Notes under the pieces: model-generated
Told to the model about the DNA's origin: nothing
Databases searched by the model: none
What the model saw: only the letters and a program-made list of their open reading frames with translations
NCBI GenBank assembly: GCA_965248575.1
Contig: CBDFJQ010000002.1
Span: 3,520,001 to 3,584,000, forward strand
DNA from: Planctomycetota bacterium
Lineage (GTDB): Bacteria; Planctomycetota; B15-G4
Reading direction: 5' to 3'
DNA length: 64,000 nucleotides
Part shown: positions 21,701-31,747 of the stretch, in pieces
Position numbering within the stretch: the first letter of the stretch is position 1
Layout: each line of letters begins with the position of its first letter
Program-made: the position numbers and the translations under genes

Positions 21701-24250
21701 ATGTTCGATCGCTTCACGGACCGCGCTAGGAAGGTCATGAACCTCGCCAAGAGCGAGGCTCAAAGACTCAACCACGAATACATCGGCACAGAGCACATCC
21801 TGCTCGGCCTCGTCCAGGAGGGCAGCGGCGTCGCCGCCAACGTGCTCCGGGGCATGGGCATTGACCTGAAGCGCATCCGCGCCGAGGTGGAGAAGCTGGT
21901 GAAGGGCAGTGCCACCATGGTTCCCATGGGCAACCTGCCGTTCACACCGCGCGCCAAGAAGGTGCTTGAGCTCTCCCTCGAGGAGGCCAGCCAGCTGGGC
22001 CATAACTACATCGGCACCGAGCACCTGCTGCTGGGCCTCATCAAGGAGAGTGAAGGCATTGCCGCGCGCGTGCTCACGAACCTCTCGGTGAAGCTCGAAG
22101 ACGTGCGCGAAGAGGTGCTCGAGTTCCTCGGTGCGCCCCAGGAAGGCGGCGAGATCGAGGAAGAGGATCGCGGCGATGAAGGCGGCGAGGTGGATGCCGG
22201 CGGCGGCGGCGGTGGCAGTGGCGGGCGTGGCAAAGGCAAGGGCAAGACCCCTGCGCTGAACGCCTTTGGCCGCGACCTCACCAAGCTCGCTCGCGAGACG
22301 CAGTTGGACCCTGTCATCGGTCGGCGCGAAGAGATCGAGCGTGTGATCCAGATCCTCTCCCGGCGCACCAAGAACAACCCGGTGCTGTTGGGCGAGGCGG
22401 GCGTGGGCAAGACGGCCATCGTGGAAGGCCTGGCCCAGGACATCGTCAACGAAGAGGTGCCGGAGATCCTCAAGGGCCAGCGTTTGGTGGTCCTGGACCT
22501 GGCCATGATGGTGGCGGGCACCAAGTACCGCGGCCAGTTCGAAGAGCGCATCAAGTCGGTGATGAACGAGGTGCGTCGCGCCAAGAACATCATCCTGTTC
22601 ATCGATGAGCTGCACACCCTCGTGGGTGCAGGCGGTGCCGAGGGCGCCATCGATGCCTCCAACGTGCTCAAGCCGGCACTGTCTCGTGGCGAGATCCAGT
22701 GCATCGGTGCCACGACCCTGAACGAGTACCGAAAGTACATCGAGAAGGACCCCGCGCTCGAGCGTCGTTTCCAGTCGGTGATGGTCGAGCCGCCGACGCC
22801 CGATCAGACGATCCAGATCCTGAAGGGTTTGCGCGGCCGCTACGAGAAGCATCACAACGTGCAGATCACCGACGGCGCGCTGGAGTTGGCGGTGGAGCTG
22901 TCCACTCGCTACATCACGAATCGCTTCCACCCTGACAAGGCCATCGACGTGATGGACGAGGCCGGCGCCCGCGTCCGGCTCAAGGCCATGACAGCTCCGC
23001 CAGACCTGAAGGAGCTCGAAGTCGAGATCCTGAAGCTGGACAAGGAGAAAGAGGAGTGCGTCGCCGATCAGGACTTCGAGCGCGCAGCCTACCTGCGTGA
23101 CTACGCCGACAAGCTGCGCAAGAAGCGCGACCAGATCGAGCACGACTGGAAGACCAAGGCCGTCGAGATCGACGGCACGGTGGACGAGGACGTGATCTCC
23201 GAGACGGTCAGCAAGATGACCTCCATCCCGTTGACGCGTCTGGACAAGGGCGAAGCCCAGAGGCTGCTCAAGATGGAGGACCAGCTGCACAAGACGGTCA
23301 TCAGCCAGGACGATGCCATTGTCGCCATCTCAAAGGCGGTGCGTCGTTCGCGCTCCGGCCTCAAGGACCCTCGCCGTCCCATGGGCTGCTTCTTGTTCCT
23401 GGGCCCGACGGGTGTGGGCAAGACGCACTTGGCCAAGCAACTTGCAGCCTTCCTGTTCGGCAGTGAAGAAGCGCTCGTGCAGATCGACATGTCCGAGTAC
23501 ATGGAGAAGCACAACGCCAGTCGCCTGGTGGGTGCGCCTCCCGGATACGTCGGCTACGAAGAGGGCGGCCAGCTGACCGAGAAGATTCGCCGCCGCCCCT
23601 ATGCGGTGGTGCTGCTGGACGAGATCGAGAAGGGCCACTCCGACATCTACAACATGCTGTTGCAGATCATGGAGGAAGGGCGTCTCACGGACTCCTTCGG
23701 CCGTCAGGTGGACTTCCGCAACGTGCTGCTGATCATGACCAGCAACATCGGAGCGGAGATCATCAAGAACCAGACGGGCCTCGGTTTCTCCTCCCGCGAC
23801 GTCAGCAAGAAGTTCAGTCGCATGAAGGACAACCTCATGAACGAGGTGGGTCGCTTCTTCCGCCCGGAGTTCCTGAACCGCCTCGACGACACCATCGTCT
23901 TCAAGCCTTTGGAGACGGAAGACCTGGTGGGCATCCTGGACATCGAGCTGCTGGGCATCCGCTCGCGTCTCGCGAATCGGGGCATCCAGCTGGAGCTCTC
24001 GAGCGAGGCGATGGAATTCCTCATCGAGAATGGCAGCAATCTCGAGATGGGTGCACGACCCCTGCGCCGCGCCGTGGAGCGTTTCGTGGAAGACGCCCTG
24101 TCCGAGGTGTTGCTCAAGGGCGAGCTGGAGGACTCCGACCAGGTGAATGCGCAGTTGAGTGAGGAGCTGGACGAGAAGGGCAAGCCCAAGGGCCTGGTGT
24201 TCACGGGCAGCAAGAAACCTGAAGAAGAGCCTGCGGCGAGCAGCAAGTGA
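21701..24250 (+). CDS. clpC: ATP-dependent Clp protease ATPase subunit ClpC
   Basis: Double Clp-N repeat, Walker A GEAGVGKT and [11 protein letters not shown] middle domain [13 protein letters not shown] loop. Confidence 0.96.
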   Translation: MFDRFTDRARKVMNLAKSEAQRLNHEYIGTEHILLGLVQEGSGVAANVLRGMGIDLKRIRAEVEKLVKGSATMVPMGNLPFTPRAKKVLELSLEEASQLGHNYIGTEHLLLGLIKESEGIAARVLTNLSVKLEDVREEVLEFLGAPQEGGEIEEEDRGDEGGEVDAGGGGGGSGGRGKGKGKTPALNAFGRDLTKLARETQLDPVIGRREEIERVIQILSRRTKNNPVLLGEAGVGKTAIVEGLAQDIVNEEVPEILKGQRLVVLDLAMMVAGTKYRGQFEERIKSVMNEVRRAKNIILFIDELHTLVGAGGAEGAIDASNVLKPALSRGEIQCIGATTLNEYRKYIEKDPALERRFQSVMVEPPTPDQTIQILKGLRGRYEKHHNVQITDGALELAVELSTRYITNRFHPDKAIDVMDEAGARVRLKAMTAPPDLKELEVEILKLDKEKEECVADQDFERAAYLRDYADKLRKKRDQIEHDWKTKAVEIDGTVDEDVISETVSKMTSIPLTRLDKGEAQRLLKMEDQLHKTVISQDDAIVAISKAVRRSRSGLKDPRRPMGCFLFLGPTGVGKTHLAKQLAAFLFGSEEALVQIDMSEYMEKHNASRLVGAPPGYVGYEEGGQLTEKIRRRPYAVVLLDEIEKGHSDIYNMLLQIMEEGRLTDSFGRQVDFRNVLLIMTSNIGAEIIKNQTGLGFSSRDVSKKFSRMKDNLMNEVGRFFRPEFLNRLDDTIVFKPLETEDLVGILDIELLGIRSRLANRGIQLELSSEAMEFLIENGSNLEMGARPLRRAVERFVEDALSEVLLKGELEDSDQVNAQLSEELDEKGKPKGLVFTGSKKPEEEPAASSK

Positions 24251-25392
24251 TCGGCGGGTCCGCCACCCTCAACGTCAGTCCACAAGCAGCCCCGTGGCGC
24301 CGTCTGCGCGCGGGGCTGCTTTGCGTCCTGCTGCTCGGGGCGAGTGTGTCTGGGCAGACGGTGGGGGATGACACGGTCACTCCAACAGCTGAAGCGCCAT
24401 CCGCCGCCCTGGGTGACTCGACTGCTGAGGGCGCTTCCGATGTGCTCGAAGCGTCGAGTGGTCAGGACGATGCCTCGGTCGCAGCTGCCCTGCAGTTCGC
24501 CCCTGACGGTCGACCAAACCCCGATTTCTGGATGTTCGATGACGATGGCCACGCCCGGGATTGGCTGAACAAGCCGCCCATGGATCCAGCGGACATCAAG
24601 ACGCGTCCAGCGGAGTACGAGGCGGCCCTGGCCGACCACGGCATCCACCTGGACCTCACGGCGCGCGAGTTGCTCGTGCGCGGTGCGACGATCCACGACG
24701 CACGCTCCATGGGCTACCCCATCGAATACCTCGTGGTCACGGAGCTGGGCCGCACCTATGAAGCGCTCATCATCGTGAAGGCCCAACCGTCGGTGATCGC
24801 CGCCTGCCTGAAGGCCATGGATGCCGAGCCGGGTGGTGCCACCGTCATGAGAGTGAAGGACCCCCTGCCGCCCGAGGCCGACATCGAAGCCGGACTCGTC
24901 TCGCCCTGGGTCGTGACGCCCCACCACGGCCCGCTCGTGCAGATCACCATGGAGTGGCTGGACGACAGCGGCAAGCGGCATGCGCCGAGCCTCGAGTCCG
25001 TCTTGCTCGATGCGCGCACGGGGGAAACGCTCGAGGACCTGGGTTGGATCTTCACCGGCGGCACCTACGGCGAGTATCGCCAGGGCCGCAGCACCCAGAG
25101 CCGCTTCAAGGCAGACGTCGAGGGCGACGTGGTGGCGATCTATCTGGCTGGCCTCGATGTTTGCGTCTTCGAACGCAACTCCATGGATGGCCTGACGGAC
25201 GGGTACTACTTCCCGCATCCCGAGCGCATGCCTGGCTTGGGAACGCCTATCACCCTGCGCTTCAAGCTGTTGGATGAGGTGGTGGTGAAGGGGCCTGCCA
25301 TCGATGGACCCATGGCGGAGCCCTTGGAACCGAGGGGCGAGGACCTGGAGCTAGACCAGGAACAAGACCCGGAGTTGGACCCCGGCCGCTGA
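24247..25392 (+). CDS. Exported protein, probable YdjY-domain family
   Basis: Signal peptide; IEYLVV...TYEALIIV.AQPS.I.ACL...WIFTG pattern recalled from YdjY-type proteins; GTGA overlap with clpC. Confidence 0.55.
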   Translation: MIGGSATLNVSPQAAPWRRLRAGLLCVLLLGASVSGQTVGDDTVTPTAEAPSAALGDSTAEGASDVLEASSGQDDASVAAALQFAPDGRPNPDFWMFDDDGHARDWLNKPPMDPADIKTRPAEYEAALADHGIHLDLTARELLVRGATIHDARSMGYPIEYLVVTELGRTYEALIIVKAQPSVIAACLKAMDAEPGGATVMRVKDPLPPEADIEAGLVSPWVVTPHHGPLVQITMEWLDDSGKRHAPSLESVLLDARTGETLEDLGWIFTGGTYGEYRQGRSTQSRFKADVEGDVVAIYLAGLDVCVFERNSMDGLTDGYYFPHPERMPGLGTPITLRFKLLDEVVVKGPAIDGPMAEPLEPRGEDLELDQEQDPELDPGR

Positions 25393-25476
25393 ACTGAAGC
25401 CTCCGAGGCCAGCTCGCCCAGGTTAGGATCGCGAACCTGATCCTTCCTCGCTCGCGATCCGTCCAGGAGTGCTTCC

Positions 25477-26196
25477 ATGCGTGTCTCCCACCTTCTGCTC
25501 TCGTTGGTTGTCGCATCGGGCCTTGCCACCGCCGCCGTCGTGAGCCCGATCCAGGATGCGCCGGAAAGCGCAACCGACGCGACGTCGACGAAGCATGCCA
25601 GCCCGATGGCCGTTGCACCGGTCTCCGTCGCTCATGAGGTCGCCCAGCCCGACGAAGACACGGCGGCGATCCTCGCAGGAACCCTGGCACCGATCGCCGT
25701 GTTCGAGATCCGTGGCGGAGGCGCTCTCTTTCATCTCGAGGGCGGTGCGTCGGCCGGCAACAAGGCCTTCAAGAACAAGGTCAACGTCAAGTCCATCGCC
25801 CAGTGCCTCGACGGCGGCCTGGGGTGCGCCTCCCATTTCGATGCGGACGAGCTGAGCGCGGACGGCAAGGCCTATGTGTACATCTACGACGCGACGACCT
25901 GGGGGCTCACCACCACCCCGGACCCCAACGACACCGTCGGTGGCCCAATTGCCGAGGGCAACCCGGTGCCCGTCACGGTCTTGCGTGGCCTGATGGACGG
26001 CAAGGGGCGCTTCATGTTTTCGGGCACCCACGTTCCCTCGGACACCGACCTCGTGGTGGAAGGCAAAGCTGGCCTGGAGAAGGGCACGCTGACGCCCAAG
26101 AAGATGGGCGGCAAGATCTCGGCCGTGAGCATCGAGGCCGAGCACTGGGCCAAGGCCAACTTCAAGACCTTCGGCAAGTCCCTGCTCATCAACTAG
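25477..26196 (+). CDS. Secreted hypothetical protein, Lys-rich beta-type C-terminal region
   Basis: SD AGGAG, signal peptide, host-like codon usage. Confidence 0.75.
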   Translation: MRVSHLLLSLVVASGLATAAVVSPIQDAPESATDATSTKHASPMAVAPVSVAHEVAQPDEDTAAILAGTLAPIAVFEIRGGGALFHLEGGASAGNKAFKNKVNVKSIAQCLDGGLGCASHFDADELSADGKAYVYIYDATTWGLTTTPDPNDTVGGPIAEGNPVPVTVLRGLMDGKGRFMFSGTHVPSDTDLVVEGKAGLEKGTLTPKKMGGKISAVSIEAEHWAKANFKTFGKSLLIN

Positions 26197-26206
26197 ATCG
26201 AGACGC

Positions 26207-27451
26207 CTACGCCCGGCCCCGCAACACATCGGCGGGATCTAGCCGCAGGATCGCGCGCGCCGGCCAGGCGATGACGAGCAGTGCGAGGGCCGCGACCCAG
26301 GCGCTGGCGCTCAGCACATTGGTCCAGCTCACCGTGGGATAGATGATGGAGCTGCCCTCCAGCGCACCGGGCAGCTGTGCTCCCAGGGCGAAGACGTCGA
26401 GGCCTCGGTTGCCGAGCCAGACGTCCGTCACCAGCCAGCCGCTGCCCACACCCAGGGCGATGCCGAACAGGGCAAGAAGGGCCACCTCCCACACGAGCAG
26501 GCGCACGATGGCGGAGGGGCGCAGGCCCATGGCCAGCAGCACGCCGAACTCCCGGCGGCGTTCGAAGACCGACATGACCACGGCGTTGAGGATGCCGAGG
26601 CCCACGAGGATGAAAAGCACCAGGTTCCGCAGGCGCTCCATGACCCGCAGCATCTCCATGGCGCTCAGGACTTCGGGCGCGGTGTCGTGCCAACTGCGTA
26701 CCTGGACTTCGGCGCAGGCTGGCAGGGTCTGTAGCTGGGCCACGGTTTCGGGAGCTCCCCGGGGGCTTTCAAGCCGCAGCACGATCTCCGAAGCCTCGTC
26801 GGCGCCCTGGGTCGCGAGCAGCTCGCGGGCATCCGCCAGGCGCAAGTAGACGAAGCCGCCGTCGAGGGCTTGGCCGCCCGTCTCGAAGAGCCCCGTGACG
26901 CGAAACGACAGCGCAAAGAGCGATCCGTCGATGCCTTCGGCAAGCAGTGCCAGCCGGTCGCCGAGGCCAATCCCGAGCGTCTTCGCAAGGGCCAGGCCCA
27001 GCGCCGCGGGTGGGACGGCACCGAGACTGGGGGTTTCGAGGAAGCTGCCTTGCACGATCTTTGACGGCAGCAGGGTGGCGGCGGTTTCGTCCTGCGGATC
27101 GACCCCGAGGAACACCACGCCTGCATTTCCGTCGAGGGTGCGGGCGAGTCCCTGGCCGCGCAGGCGTGCCGACGCGGCGACGACCCCCGGCACCGCTCTC
27201 AGGGCCTCGACTAGTAGCGCGCTGTCAGCAAGGGTCGGCGAGCCATTCTCTCCCGGCTCCACCCGGGCGTGGCCCGTCATCATGCCGAGGCCCTGTTCGA
27301 GCCGCTGATCCACGAAGCCGTCCTGCAGTCCCTTCAGGAAGATGAGCACGAAGAGACCCGCTGCCATGGCCAGCAGGACGAGCAGTGAACGTCGGCGATG
27401 GCGACGGATGCTGCGCCAGGCAAAGCGGGGCCAGGGCGTCGCGCTGCTCAC
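26207..27451 (-). CDS. ABC transporter permease, LolE/FtsX/MacB family
   Basis: AWRSIRRHRRRSLL, LGVDP, SVFERRREFGVLLAMG, four TM helices, LDPADVLR. GTG start overlaps the upstream stop. Confidence 0.9.
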   Translation of the reverse strand: MSSATPWPRFAWRSIRRHRRRSLLVLLAMAAGLFVLIFLKGLQDGFVDQRLEQGLGMMTGHARVEPGENGSPTLADSALLVEALRAVPGVVAASARLRGQGLARTLDGNAGVVFLGVDPQDETAATLLPSKIVQGSFLETPSLGAVPPAALGLALAKTLGIGLGDRLALLAEGIDGSLFALSFRVTGLFETGGQALDGGFVYLRLADARELLATQGADEASEIVLRLESPRGAPETVAQLQTLPACAEVQVRSWHDTAPEVLSAMEMLRVMERLRNLVLFILVGLGILNAVVMSVFERRREFGVLLAMGLRPSAIVRLLVWEVALLALFGIALGVGSGWLVTDVWLGNRGLDVFALGAQLPGALEGSSIIYPTVSWTNVLSASAWVAALALLVIAWPARAILRLDPADVLRGRA

Positions 27452-28239
27452 TGGCCCAGACCCTCGGGAGTGAACTGTTCGTCGCGGAGCAGGGGCGAGG
27501 GGTCGAAGTGCACCACGTCGAGGGTCGACTGCCAGCCCTCGCGACCCACGGTGGTCGCCTTCCAATGGCGCGGGAGCGCTTCGAAGCCCTCCAGCTCCAC
27601 GCGCCGGATGGGGGTGCCCGCTTCGTCGCGGAACTCGATCTGGCGCGGGGCCGCGTTCTGCTCGCTGAGCAGCAACAGCACCGACCCGTAGAGGGTGTCG
27701 CGGGGGGCACGGGGCCGCAGCTCCAGCTCGACGGTACGCACACCGTCCAGCTCGCCACGCTGAGCAATGCTGGCCTGGAAGGACCTCCCTGCGTCGGCGA
27801 GCACGGCGAGGTCATCAACGCCAAAATCACTACCCAGCAAGCGTTCGCCACCCAGCGAGGCGGGCAACTCGACGGTCAGATCGGCAGCCGGGAAGCGCAC
27901 GTGCACGCGACCTTGGGCGAGCAGGATGCGCATACCTCGCTCCCGCACCCGGCCGTCCGCCCGCAGCAACCAGCGATCGAGGTCGCCGTGATAGTAGACC
28001 CGCAGCAGGATCTCGCGGCTGCTGCCCGGCCGCTGGATCTTGAGCTTGGCGGCGGCAGCAAAGGACTGGGGCGTGGAGCGCGCCGCGAGCCGCTTCAGAA
28101 GCTCTTCGGCATCGGCATCGGCATCGGCATCGGCATCGGCATCGGCATCGGCGGGCGGCGCTTTCGTCTCCGTCGACGGCGTTGCAGCTTGCCCGAAGGC
28201 GAGGGCGACGCCGAGGCACAGCGCGAGCAGCCAGTTCAC
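27448..28239 (-). CDS. Outer-membrane lipoprotein-sorting (LolA-like) protein
   Basis: Signal peptide, LLGSDFGVDDL, IEFRDEAG, FTPEGL terminus; located between ABC genes. Confidence 0.8.
   Translation of the reverse strand: MNWLLALCLGVALAFGQAATPSTETKAPPADADADADADADADAEELLKRLAARSTPQSFAAAAKLKIQRPGSSREILLRVYYHGDLDRWLLRADGRVRERGMRILLAQGRVHVRFPAADLTVELPASLGGERLLGSDFGVDDLAVLADAGRSFQASIAQRGELDGVRTVELELRPRAPRDTLYGSVLLLLSEQNAAPRQIEFRDEAGTPIRRVELEGFEALPRHWKATTVGREGWQSTLDVVHFDPSPLLRDEQFTPEGLGQ
28106..28152. repeat. Perfect hexamer microsatellite (TCGGCA)7 plus TCGGC, encoding an (AD)n linker
   Basis: Directly visible tandem repeat inside the LolA-like gene. Confidence 0.95.
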
Positions 28240-28997
28240 GGTGACCCCTCGCCCGAGACGGCGTTTGGGTCGGCGCCTGGGTCCGGGTCGGGGACTTCGC
28301 CCGAGGTTGAGCTGGGGGTCGTGCCGCGCGGTACGCCGTCCTCCAACTCGAGCACCCGGCTTGCACGTTCCACCAGCCGGGCATCGTGGGTAGCTACCAG
28401 CGCTGCCATGCCACGCTCGCTGACCAGCTCGGCCAAGGTGTCGATGAGCGCCAGGCCGGTCTTGCCGTCCAGGTGCGCGGTGGGCTCGTCGGCTACCAGC
28501 AGCGCCGGCTCTCCCGCGATGGCTCGGGCCACGGCCACCCGCTGCTGCTCGCCGCTGGAGAGGGCGTCTGGAAAACGGTCAGCGAGTTGCCCCACCCCCA
28601 GGCGTTGCAGGGATTCGCACACCCGGCGGGCTCGTTCGACGCTCGGCAATCCGCGCACGGACAAGGGTAGGTCGACGTTCTCTGCGGCGGTGAGCGCCGG
28701 GCTCAGGTTGTGTTCGGCAAAGACGAGCCCCAGGTGTTCGAGGCGCAGATCGGACCGGGCGGTGGTCTCCAGCAGGGCGAGGTCCTGGTCGAGCAACCGG
28801 ACCTGACCCTCGGTGGGGGCGTCGAGGCCTGCCAAGAGGTGCAGCAGCGTCGTTTTCCCGGAGCCGGACGGGCCGGTGAGCACCAACATGTCGCCTGCGG
28901 CCAGGCTCAGATCGACACCCGAGACGGCCACCACCGGCGTGCCATCGCCGGCCAGGAAGCGCCGCCCGAGGCCGCGCGCTTCCAGCAGCGCCGTCAG
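28236..28997 (-). CDS. ABC transporter ATP-binding protein (LolD-like), probable CTG start
   Basis: GPSGSGKTT, LSSGEQQR, ADEPTAHLD, ATHD. The N-terminal LEARGLGRRF lies upstream of the first canonical start (GTG 28934). Confidence 0.88.
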   Translation of the reverse strand: MTALLEARGLGRRFLAGDGTPVVAVSGVDLSLAAGDMLVLTGPSGSGKTTLLHLLAGLDAPTEGQVRLLDQDLALLETTARSDLRLEHLGLVFAEHNLSPALTAAENVDLPLSVRGLPSVERARRVCESLQRLGVGQLADRFPDALSSGEQQRVAVARAIAGEPALLVADEPTAHLDGKTGLALIDTLAELVSERGMAALVATHDARLVERASRVLELEDGVPRGTTPSSTSGEVPDPDPGADPNAVSGEGSP

Positions 28998-30958
28998 CTC
29001 TTGGCCTCCAGGCGCGCGCGTTCTTCCTCGATCACCTCATCGGGGATCTTCGCGAACAGGATGCCAGGTTCGCCCAGCACATGGCCGGCGGGCAGTTCGT
29101 GGAAGCGCCAGAGGTTTTCGCTGCGCGTGTCGAGCGGACGGGGCACGGGGATGGAGTCCGTGAGCGGCGCGAGGCCGAGCATCGATCGCAGGCGGTCCGA
29201 CGCGCCGGGCATGAAGGGCCACATGCCCACCGCCAAGGCGGACAGGATCTGCACATGGGCCCAGAGGGAGGTGCGACACTCGGCCAGGTCGTCGAGCTTG
29301 CGCGACTTCCAAGGGGCGTGGGCATCGAACCAGACGTTGCCGAAGCGTCCCAGGTCCAGCAGGGCGTCCGTGGCACGGCGGAACTTCTGGTGATTGAGCT
29401 GCCAGGTCAAGGTCGGCGAGTCCTGGCTACCCTCATCAAAGAAGGCAGAACACACCTCGCGAACCCGGGAGACCGTGGGCACGGACTGGGTCTCCCCTTC
29501 CGCACCGCCGTCGGAGCTGCTGACAGGAATCTGGTGTTCGAAGACGTCGCTCGGCTCCGGAACCACACCGTCCAGTTTCGACTTCACGAACTTCAGCACC
29601 CGGGCGGCGTAGTTGCCGAGGGTGTCGTTGAGGTCTGCGTTCACGTGGTTCTGCAACGCCCCGAAGCGGAAGCGGCTGTCGGAGGTCTCGGGCATGGAGA
29701 CCGCGAGGTACCAGCGCAGGGCGTCGACGCCGAACAGCTCGAGCATGCGGTCGTTGTCGAGGGTGCGGTTGTCGCTCGTGGAGAACTTGCCGTCCTCCAG
29801 GTTGTAGAACTCGTTGGCGGGGACGTTCTCCGGGAGCACCCAACGTTCACCGACGCCGGGGCCTGTGAACTCGTCACCCTGCTTGGCGTCGTCCTGCCAA
29901 CCGAGCATGGCGGGGAAGACCACGCAGTGGAACGGGATGTTGTCCTTGCCGATGAAGTGCAGCAGGCGCGGGCCGGGCCAGCGGTCCTCGGTCTGTAGCG
30001 CGGGCTCGTAGTCGGAGCTCGCGCCGGTGATCCAGTACTTGCGCCAGGCTTTGGGGTCGCCGGCGATGTCCCGGGCCCATTCGATGGTGGCGGAGACATA
30101 GCCCACCGGCGCGTCGAACCAGACGTAGAGCACCTTGCCTTCGTGGCCCTCCACCGGCTGGCGGTCGAGGTCCAGCTCGGGCAAGGGCACGCCCCACTTC
30201 AGGTCGCGGGTGATGGGGCGTGCGCGCAGGCCGTCGCCCTCCACGAGCAGCTTGTCGAAGACCGTGGTGCGCACATTGCCTTTGAGCTGCGCACCCTTGA
30301 AGGCGTTGCGCAGCCAACGGTCGAAGAGCGGGTACTTGGCCTTGCGATCCGCCTCGTTGGAGAAGGGCGAGAGGTCCAGCTCGTACTGCATGGTGTCGCG
30401 CACCTCGGGCGTGTTGCCGCAGGTGACACAGACGGGGTCGATGAGCTTCACGGCGTCCAGCCAGCTGCCACAGGCCTTGCACTCGTCGCCCCGGGCCGCT
30501 CCCTGGCAGAGGTAACAGGTGCCCTCGACATAGCGATCCGGCAGAAAGCGATCGCAGCTGGTGCAGTAGTGCTGCTGGGTGGTGCGGGGCGCGATGGCGC
30601 CGGAGCGCAGTAGGCGCAGGAAGAACTCCTGGCTCAGGCCGTAGTGGGGGTCCTGGTTGCTGGTGCGGCTGAAGTGGTCGAAGGAGATTCCGAAGCGGGC
30701 GAAGACCGAGGTGATGTCGTCGTACCAGCGGGTGACGTACTCGCGGTAGTCGATGCCTTCCTTCTCGGCCTTCACGGTGATGGAGACACCGTGCTCGTCC
30801 GTGCCGCACACGAAGAGCACGTCGCTGCCCCGCAAACGCTGGAAGCGCACGTAGATGTCGGCCGGCAAATAGGCCCCCACCAGCTGCCCGAAGTGGATGG
30901 ACCCGTTGGCGTACGGCAAGGCCGAGGTCACGAGCAAGGGGCGGGTGTCGGTGGTCAT
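28994..30958 (-). CDS. metG: Methionine--tRNA ligase, no C-terminal tRNA-binding domain
   Basis: TSALPYANG-HFGQ, GTDEHG, four CXXC zinc-knuckle motifs, YVWFDA, IGKDNIPFH, KFSTS. Confidence 0.95.
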   Translation of the reverse strand: MTTDTRPLLVTSALPYANGSIHFGQLVGAYLPADIYVRFQRLRGSDVLFVCGTDEHGVSITVKAEKEGIDYREYVTRWYDDITSVFARFGISFDHFSRTSNQDPHYGLSQEFFLRLLRSGAIAPRTTQQHYCTSCDRFLPDRYVEGTCYLCQGAARGDECKACGSWLDAVKLIDPVCVTCGNTPEVRDTMQYELDLSPFSNEADRKAKYPLFDRWLRNAFKGAQLKGNVRTTVFDKLLVEGDGLRARPITRDLKWGVPLPELDLDRQPVEGHEGKVLYVWFDAPVGYVSATIEWARDIAGDPKAWRKYWITGASSDYEPALQTEDRWPGPRLLHFIGKDNIPFHCVVFPAMLGWQDDAKQGDEFTGPGVGERWVLPENVPANEFYNLEDGKFSTSDNRTLDNDRMLELFGVDALRWYLAVSMPETSDSRFRFGALQNHVNADLNDTLGNYAARVLKFVKSKLDGVVPEPSDVFEHQIPVSSSDGGAEGETQSVPTVSRVREVCSAFFDEGSQDSPTLTWQLNHQKFRRATDALLDLGRFGNVWFDAHAPWKSRKLDDLAECRTSLWAHVQILSALAVGMWPFMPGASDRLRSMLGLAPLTDSIPVPRPLDTRSENLWRFHELPAGHVLGEPGILFAKIPDEVIEEERARLEAKS

Positions 30959-31143
30959 CGGGCTCTCCGGATCGGCCCGACAGCCTAGCAATCAGAGGGT
31001 GATGAAACGGCGCGGGGGCTCTGCCGAGATCAGAAGGTGAGATCCCTGCTGTGAGTTCTGGGCCTCCCCGGCTGCTTCACGGGGCGGGCCGGCAGCGGGG
31101 TCTCGAGTTGCAATGAAGCGAATGACCCAAGGGGAGAAGAGAG

Positions 31144-31593
31144 ATGTTTCAGAAGATGATGATGGTGATGGCAGCGGTGTCTTTGTTGGTGGTCCCAGCG
31201 TCCGCACAGCACGGCGTGCTGGCTGCCATGAACTGTCTGGAGGACGGGGAGTCGGTGACTCTCTGTCACAGTCAGAAGGTCGCCGATGACATCACCATTT
31301 CCGCAGAAGTCTATGAGTCAGACCCAGGGCTCGACGATCCGATGGGATCGGCCAAGGTCGAGCAGACGGGGGAGATGGTCTACAAGATTAGCGCCGAGAT
31401 CATCAATGATGGGTGCAATCTCAAGGGCCCGAACGGGGAGATTCAGAACGGTGCCGGTGAGGGGCGTTGCATCGAAGTCACGTTCAAGGTGACGGTCGCG
31501 TGGCCCGCGACCATCACCATCGGATTCATCTCGGTGCAGAGCCAGCTGTCGAAAACGTCGAACACCAACCCCCAGGAGATCTGCCCTTGCTGA
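31144..31593 (+). CDS. Small secreted Cys-containing protein ending in ICPC
   Basis: Purine-rich SD, signal peptide (ASA-Q cleavage), 6 Cys. Confidence 0.75.
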   Translation: MFQKMMMVMAAVSLLVVPASAQHGVLAAMNCLEDGESVTLCHSQKVADDITISAEVYESDPGLDDPMGSAKVEQTGEMVYKISAEIINDGCNLKGPNGEIQNGAGEGRCIEVTFKVTVAWPATITIGFISVQSQLSKTSNTNPQEICPC

Positions 31594-31747
31594 GGTTCTC
31601 GCAGAGCAGTCTGGTGAAGTGATGTGAAACGGGGTGGCGGTGTTGCCCTGGGTACGGCTGGAGGTCAACTCACGGTCTGTGCACAGTGGCGCACCGCCCA
31701 TCCGCAGGGGTCATCGAGCTTGGGAAGGATGGGAAAGGGAGGTTGTG

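Noticed and set aside
25419..25460. Overlapping inverted repeats GGATCGCGA/TCGCGATCC and CAGGTT/AACCTG
   Set aside because: No U-tract and no second copy; cannot be distinguished from chance in GC-rich DNA.
28106..28152. Repeat as a CRISPR array
   Set aside because: A spacerless hexamer microsatellite; no cas genes.
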